Notes: generated by a model from the letters alone, not told the origin. Shown: positions 10,081-21,408, counted from the first letter of the stretch. The stretch: DNA of 64,000 bases from an uncultured Chloroflexia bacterium (GCA_963748625.1 CAVVJT010000010.1:320001-384000), one strand, 5' to 3'. Translations and numbers: made by a program.

Positions 10081-11290
10081 GTGTCGCTCCCGTCGCTCTC
10101 CCGCATTCCCGCCCCGCCCGACTCCATCCTCGGCCTCAACGAGGCCTTCAAGAAGGACCCCCGCCCGGGCAAGATCAGCCTCGCGGCCGGCGTGTTCGTC
10201 GATGAGACGGGCGCGACGCCCGTGCTCGACACGGTGATCGAGGCGGAGCGGCGCCTGGCCGCTGCGGCCGGCACGAAGCTCTATCGCCCCATCGACGGCG
10301 ATGCGGCGTACCGCAATCTCGTGCGCGACCTCGTCCTCGGCGCGGATCACGAGGCGGTCGTGTCCGGGCGCGCGATCGCGACCCAGACCCCCGGCGGTAC
10401 CGGCGGGCTGCGCGTGGCGGCCGACCTCCTGCGCCAGACCGGCAGCGGCGTGACCCTGTGGATGAGCGAGCCGACCTGGCCCAACCACCCGCAGATGTTC
10501 CTGGCCGCGGGCTTCCGCATCCGGACCTACCCGTACACCGACGCGACGGGCCGCACGATCGACGAGGCGGCCATGCTGGGCGCGCTCGAAGGCGCCTCCC
10601 CCGGCGATGTCGTGCTGCTCCACGGCGCCTGCCACAACCCCACGGGCGTCGATCCGTCACCCGATCTGTGGCGGCGCATCGGCGACCTGGTCGAGGCGAA
10701 GCATCTCCTGCCCATCGTGGACCTCGCCTACCAGGGCTTCGGCGACGGGCTGGTCGAGGACGCCGCCGGCCTGCGCGAGCTCGTGCGGCCGGGCATGGAG
10801 CTGCTTGTCTCCACGTCCTTCTCCAAGACCTTCTCGCTCTACTCCGAGCGGATCGGGGCGTTGCTCGTGATCGCGCGCTCCGCCGCGGATGCCGAGGCGG
10901 CACAGAGCCACGTGAAGGTCGCCATCCGCGTCAACTACTCCAACCCGCCCGCGCACGGTGCCGACGTCGTCAGGACCATCCTGTCCGATGCCGGGCTGCG
11001 CGCCCGCTGGGAGGTGGAGCTCGCCTCGATGCGCAACCGGATCAAGGACAACCGGCGCGCGCTCGTGGCAGCGCTCGATGCCCGTTCGATCCCGGGCGAC
11101 TGGGGCGGCATCGCCACCCAGCGCGGCATGTTCGCGCTGCTCGGCCTCTCGGCGCCCGCAGGTCGCGCGGCTCAAGGACGAGGACGGCGTGTACGTGGTG
11201 GGCCGCGGCCGCATCAACGTGGCCGGCCTCACGGCGGCCAACCTCGACCCGTTCGCGGACGCGCTCGCCCGGGTGATCGCCTCGTCGTAG
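10081..11290 (+). CDS. aspC: Aspartate/aromatic aminotransferase (AspC/TyrB type), frameshift ~11155
   Basis: DSILGL, QTPGGTGGL, LLHGACHNPTG, SFSKTFSLYSERIG, GRINVAGL (last motif in a shifted frame). Confidence 0.88.
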
Positions 11291-11306
11291 ATCCGCGGCG
11301 GCGCGA

Positions 11307-11398
11307 GGCGGGCGCCGCTTGCGCGCCGGGGCGGGCGCCGCTTGCGCGCCGGGGCGGGCGCCGCTTGCGCGCCGGGGCGGGCGCCGCTTGCGCGCCGG
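11307..11398. repeat. 23-bp perfect tandem repeat x4 ending inside box 1 of element E1
   Basis: ggcgggcgccgcttgcgcgccgg x4. Confidence 0.9.
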
Positions 11399-11547
11399 GC
11401 ATTAAATTCCCAGTCTGATGCTGTCGGGTTGCCCGGGGTGCAACCCGACGACCGGTTAGCGGCCCGATCCGCCCCTGAATTGGTCGTCCTGATGCACCGC
11501 GGGCAATACGGCTTCACCGCACCCCGAAGGTATTGCCGTTTCCGCAA
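11388..11547. repeat. 160-bp four-box spacing-conserved element, copy E1
   Basis: NTGC-N7-GCAN boxes start at 11388, 11429, 11492, 11533. Confidence 0.8.
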
Positions 11548-11608
11548 TCCACAGGGTGCACGAACCGACATAAGCCGTTGTGAAGTCGCGGGGCGTGTAC
11601 TTGGCGTC

Positions 11609-12352
11609 ATGGCACGCACGAGATCGGATCTCCAGATCGCCGCAGACCAGCATGCTGTGGACCTCCGAGAACACCTCGCCGACCGGCTCCGGGGCCTTCG
11701 ACGTGATGCCGGCCTCACGCAGCGCGCGGTCGCTGCAGCTGCGGGCGTGACGCCGTCTGTGCTGAGCCGGCTGGAGTCAGGCCGGTCCGAGCCCGCGCTC
11801 GAGACCTACGCTCGCATCGCGGCCGTGCTGGGCGCGGACCTCACCGCCCGCGTGTACCCGAACACCGGCCCGGCCATTCATGACCGCCACTCCGTGCCGA
11901 TGGCAGATCTGCTCCTCGGGGCGCTGCACCGCCGCTGGCGTCCCGCCCCAGAGGTCCGGGTCCGCGAGCCCGCGCAGGGCTGGGTCGATCTCGGCCTGCA
12001 CGACCCGGTGGCCCGGCTGGTCGTCGCCACGGAGCTCGAGGCGATGCTGTGGCGCATCGAGCAGCTCCTCCGGTGGAGCGCGGAGAAGGCTGCCTCGCTG
12101 CCCTCGTCCGACGCCTGGCCGACCTGGGCCGCCAGCGGCCAGCCGGACGTCAGTCGCCTGCTCGTCGTCCGCTGGACGCGCGCGAACCGGGAAGCGGCCG
12201 CAAGCGCCAGGCGCGTCCTGCTCGCCGCGTACCCGGGGGACCCGCGGGATGCCCTTGCGGCGCTGCTGGGATCGGCGGCATGGCCGGGCGCTGCAATCGT
12301 GTGGGCCCGCATCGACGGGGACCGGCCTGCACTCCTCGACGCGCGCTTGTAG
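11609..12352 (+). CDS. XRE-HTH protein with C-terminal PD-(D/E)xK-like domain
   Basis: LRGLRRDAGLTQRAVAAAAGVTPSVLSRLESG HTH; PEV..GWVDL..VVATELE pattern resembles a restriction-endonuclease fold (inference). Confidence 0.8.
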   Translation: MARTRSDLQIAADQHAVDLREHLADRLRGLRRDAGLTQRAVAAAAGVTPSVLSRLESGRSEPALETYARIAAVLGADLTARVYPNTGPAIHDRHSVPMADLLLGALHRRWRPAPEVRVREPAQGWVDLGLHDPVARLVVATELEAMLWRIEQLLRWSAEKAASLPSSDAWPTWAASGQPDVSRLLVVRWTRANREAAASARRVLLAAYPGDPRDALAALLGSAAWPGAAIVWARIDGDRPALLDARL

Positions 12353-12381
12353 GACGGGCAACGGCGGCGGCGAGGTGGCGT

Positions 12382-12541
12382 GTGCGTGCGAGGCAATACT
12401 CAGGGGCCGGGGCGGCGTGCTCATGCCCGCCGGGCATCGACACAGCGCAATGGGGCTCCTCACGAAGGCAACCAGCGTCGCTGCGGTGCCCCGCAGGCAA
12501 CGTCGCGACACGGCGCGCGGGGACTATTGCTCCGCCCGCAC
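12382..12541. repeat. 160-bp four-box spacing-conserved element, copy E2
   Basis: Boxes start at 12382, 12423, 12486, 12527. Confidence 0.8.
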
Positions 12542-13406
12542 GGTCCCCGCCCTGATCCGGGCCCATACCCGGGCGCGCTCCTCGGGGGTCGTCAGCGGGA
12601 TCACGCCCAGCAGCATCGTCAGCGATCCGTACCACAGCGCCGGCAGGCAGAGCATGGCGCCAACCGGCACTGTCCAGCGCTGGTTGCGCAGCGCCCCCCA
12701 GGCGATCAGCGCCACGCCGATGGGCCCTCGTACGACCAGCGGAATCGGGATCGCCGCCCACGTCCCGCTCTTCCCGGTGTTGGCGCAGGAGCAGGTCGAT
12801 CCAGTCGAGCCAGGCCCGGGGGGACACAAGGAACGACACGGCCACCACAGCTGCCGTCGCCCCCAGCGCGATGGCGAGCGACCGCCACTCCCGGCGGATC
12901 GCGAACCAGAGCAGTCCGACCCCGGGCAGGATCTTGGTGAGCAGCACCAGCGACCAGGTCCAGGGTCGCCGAAACCCCTCGACGATCGCCACCGTGAGCA
13001 GCAGCGACACGTTGCCGCCCGCGATCTCCAGGGCTGCCGCGATGAGCCCCAGCCAGAACAGGTGCGGCCCGGTCAGCCGGTAGGCGGCCCAGATCAGGAT
13101 CGCCGTCCACGCCGCCACGAACAGCGGCCACGGCAGGAGGTTGAGCGGCCAGACCAGCTGGGCGAACGCGGGCGAGTACGGGTACGCACCGATCGCGTTC
13201 CAGTTGGTGCGGCCCGCGTAGATGTCCGCGTAGTCGAACCCGTAGTACGAGCGCGCGTCCTGGGCGGTCACCCACGAGCCGCTGAACGGCTCGGAGACGT
13301 CGATCGTGGGGTCCGAGAGCGCGATGACCATCACCCACAGCAGGACCGCCAGGACGAGTGCCACGGCGAAGCGCGGATCTGCGAGCCTGGCCCGAACGGA
13401 CGTCAT
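12524..13406 (-). CDS. Glycosyltransferase family 87 membrane protein, frameshift ~12785
   Basis: AYPYSPAFAQL, EIAGGNV, LTKILPGVGLLWF..RREWR; multi-TM. Confidence 0.8.
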
Positions 13407-13483
13407 GCGCTCCATTGTCGGGCACACCCGACATCCAGACGGCACACGGCGACGCCGACTGTCCCCCCAAGATCGGCTGAACC

Positions 13484-14485
13484 CTACCGGAACGTCTTGA
13501 CCGCGACCCCTGACGCGCTGGCGACCTTCCCGTCGGCGGCGTTGAACACCGCCTGCGTCCCCGACGTGAACTTCGGCCCGAACATGGACTTCACGCCCGA
13601 GTAGCCGTACGAGTTCACCGACGACAGCTTCGCGTTGGCCCAGTTGGACGCGTCGCCCTGGACCCACGGGCCGCCCGATGAGCCACCGGTCATGTCGCAT
13701 CCCATCGACCAGGTCGCGCCGCCGGTGTTGGGGTCGGTGCCGAGCGGGCCCTTGCAGTACACGAGGTCCTTGCCCCGGTACTTGCCCGCGGCCGGGTAGC
13801 CGAAGGCGCCGAGCGTCTGGCCGAGGAGACCGCTCGAATACTGGATGTCGAAGCTGCCGCGAACACCAGCGTCCAGCTGCGAGCCGTCCTTGCCGCCTGC
13901 GGCGACGACCGCGAACGCCCAGTCATGCGTGACCGCCTGGTCATTGAAGGAGCCCGCCGAGGCGAACAGCGCATCCGCGTACAGCGCGTCGGCCACCCAG
14001 CATCCGTACGTCGCCTTCGCGCAGTCGTAGCTGGGGGACGTGTCGAACGACGGGATGAAGATCCAGTTGGTGGCGAAGGTGCCGTCGTTCTCCACCACAC
14101 AGTGGCCTGCCGTCAGCACGACCGACCGCCCCGTGCTCCCATCCTTCACGATCGATCCGGAGCAGATGTAGTCGACACCGGCCATCGTGAACAGGGCACG
14201 ACCGGTGGCCGTGAGCATCTTGCCGCCGCCGGTCCACGACGCCCCGGTGACCGTGCCCGTACCACCTCCGCCGCCGGGCTTGGCGAGCGGCTGGAAGCCG
14301 CGGGCCGGGTCGAACACGAAGTCGCGCGGGGTCGCGGCCTTCATCCGGGCCGGCGTCCAGTACGCGAGAACCTTGGCGTGGTGGCTGGCGACGCCCGCGG
14401 GTGAGGCGGCCGCGACTTGGCCGGGCAGCAAGCCGACCAGGAGCAGGGACGCGATCAGCAGGGCGAGACGACGGCGCACGGTCAA
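13484..14485 (-). CDS. Secreted trypsin-like (V8/glutamyl endopeptidase-like) serine protease
   Basis: Signal peptide, YWTPARM, CSGS..LTAGHC, CDMTGGSSGGPW. Confidence 0.9.
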   Translation of the reverse strand: MTVRRRLALLIASLLLVGLLPGQVAAASPAGVASHHAKVLAYWTPARMKAATPRDFVFDPARGFQPLAKPGGGGGTGTVTGASWTGGGKMLTATGRALFTMAGVDYICSGSIVKDGSTGRSVVLTAGHCVVENDGTFATNWIFIPSFDTSPSYDCAKATYGCWVADALYADALFASAGSFNDQAVTHDWAFAVVAAGGKDGSQLDAGVRGSFDIQYSSGLLGQTLGAFGYPAAGKYRGKDLVYCKGPLGTDPNTGGATWSMGCDMTGGSSGGPWVQGDASNWANAKLSSVNSYGYSGVKSMFGPKFTSGTQAVFNAADGKVASASGVAVKTFR

Positions 14486-14800
14486 CCTCCTGGACGCGAG
14501 CAGGGCGCGTGGGCGGAGTATGGCGGCACCCGGGTGCCACGTGAAGGCCGGCTCGCCGCACGGGACGGCGCGTCAGCCTTGGACCCTGCGGCAGCGTCTC
14601 CCGTTCGGGCTCCCGACGTGGCGGCCGTGCGGCGCTCGCTGACACCACGGGGAGTCGCTTGGGCATGCGCCGTGCGGCGGGCGTGCAGCCTGGCCGAGTC
14701 CGCTGCACGTCCCGTGCACAGACGCCCGCTCCATGACTCCCGGCGGGTTCAAGGAGCGGTCGAGGCTCCCTCCCGGTGGCTCACAGCACCGGAACCACGC

Positions 14801-15223
14801 CTACGCCGCCACCTCGTCGGCGCCGTCGTTCGGCATGTCGGCGGACCCGTCCCCCATCGCGCCACGCGGCACGAGCCTGAACACGGGCCCGGTCCCGACG
14901 CGCGACGCGGGTGCCCCGTACTTCGCGTGGATTGCGGTCATCGCGGCCTCGCGCTCCTCGCCGTGCAGCTCGACCGCGGTGAAGTCCGAATCCACTGACC
15001 CGGCGCGGACGTGGCATGTGGCGTTGGCGAGCAGGTTCTTCGGCCAGTGCGACTCCAGCCGGCCGGCACCCACCCAGAGCGACCCGTCGGAGTTCTGCAC
15101 GTAGCCCACCGGCGTACGGAAACGACGGCCGCTCGAACGCCCAACCGTCTCGATCATCGCCATCCGGCCGGACGCGGCCATCCGCTCGCCGATCAACTTG
15201 TTGAATTGCTGCATCACGTTCAT
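14801..15223 (-). CDS. Deazaflavin (F420)-dependent nitroreductase family protein
   Basis: ETVGRSSGRRFRTPV, SHWPKNLLAN, PVFRL; AGGAGG RBS. Confidence 0.85.
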   Translation of the reverse strand: MNVMQQFNKLIGERMAASGRMAMIETVGRSSGRRFRTPVGYVQNSDGSLWVGAGRLESHWPKNLLANATCHVRAGSVDSDFTAVELHGEEREAAMTAIHAKYGAPASRVGTGPVFRLVPRGAMGDGSADMPNDGADEVAA

Positions 15224-15370
15224 GCGCGCCTCCTGTCGAGTTCCTGTTCGGGCGACCGCCGCCGTTGGATGCGCGCGCCGGTGCGACGGGTCGCTTCCGG
15301 CCGCATACCATGGCCCCCGCACGAGCGGCTGGACCGTCCGGCCGGAGCGCCCGAGGAGCAGGATCCCGAG

Positions 15371-16399
15371 ATGAGAGGCTGGCAGCGCCTGGCAGGCCTC
15401 GCGGTCGTCGCGGGCCTCCTTGTCGCCGCTTGCTCCGGGAACGCCAGTCCCACGCCCGCCGGACCTCCCGGTCTCGAGAAGGTCGCGGTCGCCTACGACA
15501 TCGCCGGCCGTGGCGACGGCGGCTTCAACGATCTCGCCTACAACGGCGCGAAGCAGGCGGCCGACGAGCTGGGCGCGGGGCTCACCGAGGTCACTGCCAA
15601 GCCCGACGACACGGACAGCGACCGGGCCGAGCGCCTCCGCCTGCTCGCCGAGTCTGGCCACAATCCAATCGTGGCGGTCGGCTTCAGCTACGCCGGTCCG
15701 CTCGCGACCGTGGCCGCCGAGTACCCGGCCACCTGGTTCGGCATCGTGGACGACGCCACCGTGGAGGCGCCCAACGTCGTCGGGATCACGTTCAAGGAGG
15801 AGCAGGGCTCCTTCCTGGTGGGCGTGGCGGCGGCCCTGACGTCGAAGACCGGCAAGGTCGGCTTCGTCGGGGCGCTGCCGATCCCCCTGCTCCAGCGTTT
15901 CGAGGCTGGCTTCGCCGCCGGCGCCCGTGCCGTCAACGCCGATGCGGAGGTGTTCACCGCATATCTCAGCCAGCCGCCCGACTTCAGCGGCTTCGACGAC
16001 CCGGCGAAGGCCAAGGAGGCGGCCTTCGGGATGTTCGACCAGGGTGCCGACGTGGTCTTCGCGGCTGCGGGCGCATCGGGCATGGGCGTGATCGATGCGG
16101 CCCACGATCGCGGCCTCTGGGCGATCGGCGTGGACAACGACCAGTACCTGACCACCGACGAGGCGCTGCGCGACTCGATCCTCACCTCGATGCTCAAGAA
16201 CGCCGACGTGGGCACCCACGCCTTCGTGCGCAGCGTCGCGGACGGCACGGCCGAGGGCGGCAACGCGGTGTTCGACCTCGCCTCGGGCGGCGTCGGCTAC
16301 GCGACCTCCGGCGGGTTCGTGGACGGGATCAGGAGCCAGATCGACGCGTGGGCGGCGAAGATCGTCGACGGCGAGATCACCGTCCCGTCGGTGCCCTGA
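15371..16399 (+). CDS. BMP family nucleoside ABC substrate-binding lipoprotein
   Basis: Lipobox VAAC, GRGDGGFND, FKEEQGSFLVG, AIGVDNDQ, ILTSMLK. Confidence 0.93.
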   Translation: MRGWQRLAGLAVVAGLLVAACSGNASPTPAGPPGLEKVAVAYDIAGRGDGGFNDLAYNGAKQAADELGAGLTEVTAKPDDTDSDRAERLRLLAESGHNPIVAVGFSYAGPLATVAAEYPATWFGIVDDATVEAPNVVGITFKEEQGSFLVGVAAALTSKTGKVGFVGALPIPLLQRFEAGFAAGARAVNADAEVFTAYLSQPPDFSGFDDPAKAKEAAFGMFDQGADVVFAAAGASGMGVIDAAHDRGLWAIGVDNDQYLTTDEALRDSILTSMLKNADVGTHAFVRSVADGTAEGGNAVFDLASGGVGYATSGGFVDGIRSQIDAWAAKIVDGEITVPSVP

Positions 16400-18044
16400 T
16401 GCCCGCACCGGCAGGCGGCGAGTCGGGCGGTCCGGACCCGGGGGACCGCGAGGACCTCGAAGACCTCGAGGATCGCGAGGACCCTGGTTGGGGGCCGACG
16501 CCCGCGTCGTCCCCGGAACCGGTCATCGAGCTGCGGGGCATCACCAAGCGGCTTCCCGGGTGTCGTCGCGAACGCGGATGTCGATCTCGACGTGCACCCG
16601 GGCGAGGTGCACGCGGTCGTCGGCGAGAACGGCGCCGGCAAGTCCACGCTCATGCGCATCCTGTACGGCCTGCGCCCAACCCGATGCCGGCGCAGTCATC
16701 CGCGTCGACGGGCGCGCCGGTCCACCTGCGCTCCCCGGCGGACGCGATCCGGCTGGGCATCGGGATGGTCCACCAGCACGCCCGCCTGGCCGACAACCTG
16801 ACCGTCGTCGAGAACGTGGTCATCGGCGCGGAGCCGGTGCGGGCCGGCCGGCTGGACCTCGCGCGGGCCGCGCGGGACATCGCGGCCATCGCCGTCCGCG
16901 CCGGACTCGCAATCGACCCCGGCGCACGGGTCGAGCGCCTGTCGGTCGGCGAGCGCCAGCGGGTCGAGATCCTCAAGGTCCTCTACCGCGGCGCGCGGAT
17001 CCTGGTCCTCGACGAGCCCACGGCGGTGCTCGCGCCTGCGCGAGGTGCGCGAGCTGGTGGCAGGTCTGCGCGCCCTTGCCGCCGGCGGCTTCGCGGTCGT
17101 GTTCATCAGCCACAAGCTCGACGAGGTGCTCGCGCGTCGCCGACCGGATCACGGTGATGCGCGGCGGTCGGGTGGTCGCCACCACCACCCCCGGCGAGAC
17201 CGACGGTCCCACGCTCGCCCGCCTCATGACCGGCACCACGCTGCCCGGAGGTCGTGCCCCGGACCACGCCGATCCGCGAGGACGAGGTGCGCGCTGGCGC
17301 TCGAGGATGTGGAGCTCGCCTCCGACGGGCACGGTCCCGGCCTGCACGACGATCGCCCTGCGCATCCGGCGCGGCGAGGTGGTGGGCGTCGCCGGGGTCG
17401 AGGGCAACGGGCAGGCCGAGCTGTTCGACGTGGTCCTGGGCCTGCGCCGGCCGGATGTCGGACGGGTGCTGCTCGAGGGCGAGGAGGCGACCGCCTGGTC
17501 CACGGCGGACCGCCGACGGGCCGGGCTCGCCTGCATCGCGGCCGACCGCCAGCGCGAGGGCCTGCTCCTCGATGCGCCACTGTGGGAGAACGGGATCCTG
17601 GGCCACCAGCACGACGCCGGCGTGAGCCGTGGGCCGTGGCTGCGGCCGGGCTGGGCGCGCGCGGACGCACGGACGCTCGTGTACATGGCGGACGTGCGCA
17701 CACCTTCCATCGACGTGCCGGCCGCTGCGCTCTCGGGGGGCAACCAGCAGAAGCTCATCGTGGGCCGGGAGCTGCGGTCCGTGCCGCGGGTGCTGCTTGC
17801 CGCGCACCCGACACGGGGCGTGGACGTGGGCGCGCAGGCGCTCATCTGGAAGCGCCTCGGGCGCGCCCGCGACAACGGCCTGGCCGTGCTGCTGCTCTCG
17901 TCGGACCTGGGCGAGCTCATGGCGCTCTCGGACAGGATCATCGTGCTGCTGCGCGGGCGGATCGTCGCGGAGATGCCCGCCGCTGAGGCCACGGCGGACC
18001 GCATCGGCGCCGCGATGACCGGCGTCGAGCCGGCGCCGCGATGA
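16399..18044 (+). CDS. Nucleoside ABC ATP-binding protein (NupA-like), multiple frameshifts
   Basis: [51 protein letters not shown] across frames. Confidence 0.85.
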
Positions 18045-18069
18045 CCGGCGTCGAGCCGGAGCCGGCCGC

Positions 18070-19195
18070 GTGACCCGCGAGCGCCTGGCCCGCGTCGCGC
18101 TGCTCCTCGCCGCGCCCGCGCTCGCCTTCGTGCTTGCCTCGGCGGTCGGGTTCCTCGTGCTGCTCGCCGCCGGCGCCGACCCGGCCGAGGTCATCCGCGA
18201 GACGGCCGCCTACCTCGCCCGCCCGTCCAGCGTCGTCGCCGTCCTCAACCGCGCCACCACCTACTACCTCGCGGGGATCGCCGCAGCCATCGGGTTCCGG
18301 ATGCTGCTGTTCAACATCGGCATCGACGGGCAGTACCGGCTGGCCGTCTTCGCTGCGGCCGTCGTGGGCGGGGCGGTCGCGCTGCCGCCGCCGCTCCACG
18401 TGGGCCTGCAGGTGGTGGTGGCGATGGTCGTCGGCGCCGTCGTGGGCGGCGATCGCGGGGCTGCTCAAGGCACGGCGCGGCGTCTCCGAGGTCATCAGCA
18501 CGATCATGCTCAACGGCGTCGCCACCGGGATCATCGCGTGGCTGCTCGGCCCGGGGCGGTTCGGCATCCTCGCGGAGGGCTCCAACAACGTGACCACCGC
18601 CCCGATCCCGCCGTCGGGACAGCTCCCCGGGATCGACACCGGCGCCGGCGTCCTGTACGGCTTCCTCGCGATCGCCGTGCTCGTCGGCATCGGCTACTGG
18701 GTGCTCCTCAACCGGACCGTGTTCGGGTTCGAGCTCCGGGCCAGCGGCTGGTCGCTCGCGTGCGGCGGCCATCGGCGGCGTGGACGCGCGGCGGATGATC
18801 GTGGTCACGATGCTGCTGTCGGGCGCGATCGCCGGGCTGGTCGGCCTGCCGCAGCTGCTGGGCGAGAGCCACCAGTACGGCCTGGACTTCCCGGCCGGCT
18901 ACGGGATCACCGGCCTCGCGATCGCGCTGCTGGGCCGGAACCACCCGATCGGCGTCGCGTTGGGCGCCGCTGGTCTGGGCGGCGATGGAGCGATCGGGCC
19001 AGATGCTGGACCTGGTCGGCGTCAGCTCCGAGATCGTCGTGATCATGCAGGCGGTCATCGTCCTGGCCATCGTGGTCGCCTACGAGCTCGTCCGGCGGGC
19101 GACGCTGCGGCGTCAGGCGCGCCTCGTGCGCAGGTCGGGGGGCACGGCCGGGGGCACGGCCGGGCCCCGAGCCGCTGGCAGGGGTGGCGTTGTGA
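18070..19195 (+). CDS. Nucleoside ABC permease, frameshifted
   Basis: LFNIGIDGQ, SEVISTIMLN, GFELRA, IALLGRNHPIG across frames. Confidence 0.8.
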
Positions 19196-20458
19196 GCACC
19201 CTGCGGACAGCGCGTGACCGAGCCCGGGATCCGCGGCGAGTCGGTTCGCCGGCCTGCGCACGATCGTGTGGTTGGAGCTGCTGCTCGTCGTTCGCCGCGG
19301 TGTCGCTGCTCAAGGACCTGGCGGGCGCGCCGGACCTGCTCTCGCGAGGGTCGGTCGGGCGCGTCCCTGCGCTTCACGGCGCCCATCCTGCTGGCCGGCA
19401 TGGGCGCGCTCTGGGCGGAGCGGTCGGGCGTGATCAACATCGCGCTCGAGGGGGCGATGATCACCGGCACCTGGTTCGGCGCGTGGGCGGGAATCACGTT
19501 CGGCCCCGAGGCGGGCGTGGCTGCTGGGCCTCGCTGCCGGGGCGGTGTTCGGCCTGGTGCTCGGGGTGCTCACGGTCGGGTTCGGCGTGGACCAGGCGAT
19601 GGCGGGGCTCGCGCTCAACCTGCTCGCGGCGGGCGTGACCCGGTTCCTCTCGTCGCTGGCGTTCGAGGGCGTCGGGACCGGGTCGATCACCCGCTCGCCG
19701 CAGGTCCCCGGCCTGCCCGAGGTCTCCGTGCCCGGTGCGGCCGTCGCTGCTGGAGCCGGTCGCAGCGAGCGGCATCCCCGTCGTGTCGGACGCCGCGAAC
19801 GTGCTTCTCGGGCTCACCACCGACGTGTCGGTGCTCACGATCGTCGCCTTCGCCACCGTCCCGATCACCGCCTGGGTCCTGTGGCGCACGCGCCTGGGCC
19901 TGCGGATCAGGTTCGCAGGCGAGGCGCCCGACGCGGAGGACGCGCTGGGGGTGAGTCCCGAACCTCCACCGGTATGTCGCCCTGTCCGTGAGCGGGGCGC
20001 TGGGCGCACTCGGCGGGCGTGTACCTCGTGATGGTGGCCTCGAGCGCCTACACCGAGGGCCAGACCGCGGGGCGCGGCTTCATCGGGATGGCCACCGTCG
20101 TCTTCGGCAACTGGCAGGCCCTGCCGACAGCGCTCGGGCGCCTACCTCTTCGGCTTCACCGATGCCCTGCGGACGCGGCAGGAGGGCACGCTCGATGCCC
20201 TGCTGGTCGTCGGCGGGCTCGTGCTCCTGGGGCTCGCTGTGGTGCGTCTCCGCGACCGCAGGCGGCGGTCCTCGGCGGTCTACGCAGGGCTGGCCGCCGC
20301 GTGCTATCGCGTGGTTCACCCTCGTGGGGGCGGTGCCCACCGAGCTCGTGGCCTACGCCCCGCAGGTGACGACGCTCGTCGTGCTCGCGCTCGCCCGCCA
20401 GGACCTCCGGCCGCCGGCCGCCATCGGGCTCCCCTATCGTCGGGGCGAGCAGACCTGA
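19192..20458 (+). CDS. Nucleoside ABC permease, frameshifted
   Basis: ERSGVINIALEGAM, GLRIRFAGE, GRGFIG..VFGNW, PPAAIGLPY across frames. Confidence 0.8.
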
Positions 20459-20605
20459 CCCGGCCTCGCTTCGACCGCTGCCGGCTCCGCCTGTCGGGCT
20501 GGCTCCGCGCCTCCACCCCGCTCAGGCCGCGAAATGCATCTCACACGGCGCCGCCCGTTCGGCGACAATCCGGTGGCCTGCACGAGCCGAGGGAGAGAGC
20601 CACCG

Positions 20606-21325
20606 ATGTCCTACGTCACCGAGAACCTGCTGAACAACGAGAAGGTCCTGCTGGAGTCCCGGAAGCACTGGATCGCCCCGGTGCGGGATTCCTGGATCCC
20701 GGCCCTGATGATCCTGGGCGGGCTCTTCCTCTGGTACTGGAACCCGAGCGGCGATGGCATCCTCGGTTTCCTGTGGACCGCGATCGCCCTCCTGCGCTGG
20801 GCCCTGCTGATCGGCGGCATCCTGTGGATCGCCTACAACATCGTCGTCTGGCGGACGGCCGAGTTCGCGGTCACCAACCTGCGCGTCCTCCGCTCCGAGG
20901 GCTTCATCCAGAAGCGCACGTCGGAGACCCTGCTCAGCGCGGTGACGGACGTGAAGCTCAGCGTGGGTGTCATCGGCGGGCGCCTGGGCTATGGCGACGT
21001 GAAGGTCTTCACGCAGTCGGGCGATGCCGGCGCCGACAACTTCACGACCATCACGCAGCCCGCGACCTTCCGCACCACGATGATGGGCGTCAAGGTCGAG
21101 GAGCAGATGGCGATGCGGGCCCCGTACCAGGCGGCAGCGCCCGCGCCGGCGGCGGCTCCTGCGCCCGTCGCGGCGGCCGCACCCGTGGCGCCGGCGCCCA
21201 CGACCGCCGAGCAGTTGGACGACCAGGCCGATCGCCTCGTCAAGCTCGCCGAGCTGCGCGACCAGGGCGTGATCACGCCCGAGGAGTTCGAGGCGAAGAA
21301 GGCGGAGATCCTCTCCCGGATCTGA
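20606..21325 (+). CDS. Bacterial PH-domain membrane protein with C-terminal SHOCT domain
   Basis: Two TMs, EFAVTNLRV, LGYGDV, LVKLAELRDQGVITPEEFEAKKAEIL. Confidence 0.88.
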   Translation: MSYVTENLLNNEKVLLESRKHWIAPVRDSWIPALMILGGLFLWYWNPSGDGILGFLWTAIALLRWALLIGGILWIAYNIVVWRTAEFAVTNLRVLRSEGFIQKRTSETLLSAVTDVKLSVGVIGGRLGYGDVKVFTQSGDAGADNFTTITQPATFRTTMMGVKVEEQMAMRAPYQAAAPAPAAAPAPVAAAAPVAPAPTTAEQLDDQADRLVKLAELRDQGVITPEEFEAKKAEILSRI

Positions 21326-21408
21326 GCGGGGATCGAGCTGGCGGGGCGGCGCGCCGGAGCGCCATGGCGCGCGGCGTCCGGCTTCGCTCGCGGCGCAGCA
21401 GCAGCTCT

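Noticed and set aside
7570-20458. Programmed ribosomal frameshifting in split genes
   Set aside because: Shifts are numerous, occur in ordinary enzymes and permeases, and lack slippery-site structure; sequencing indels are the simpler explanation.
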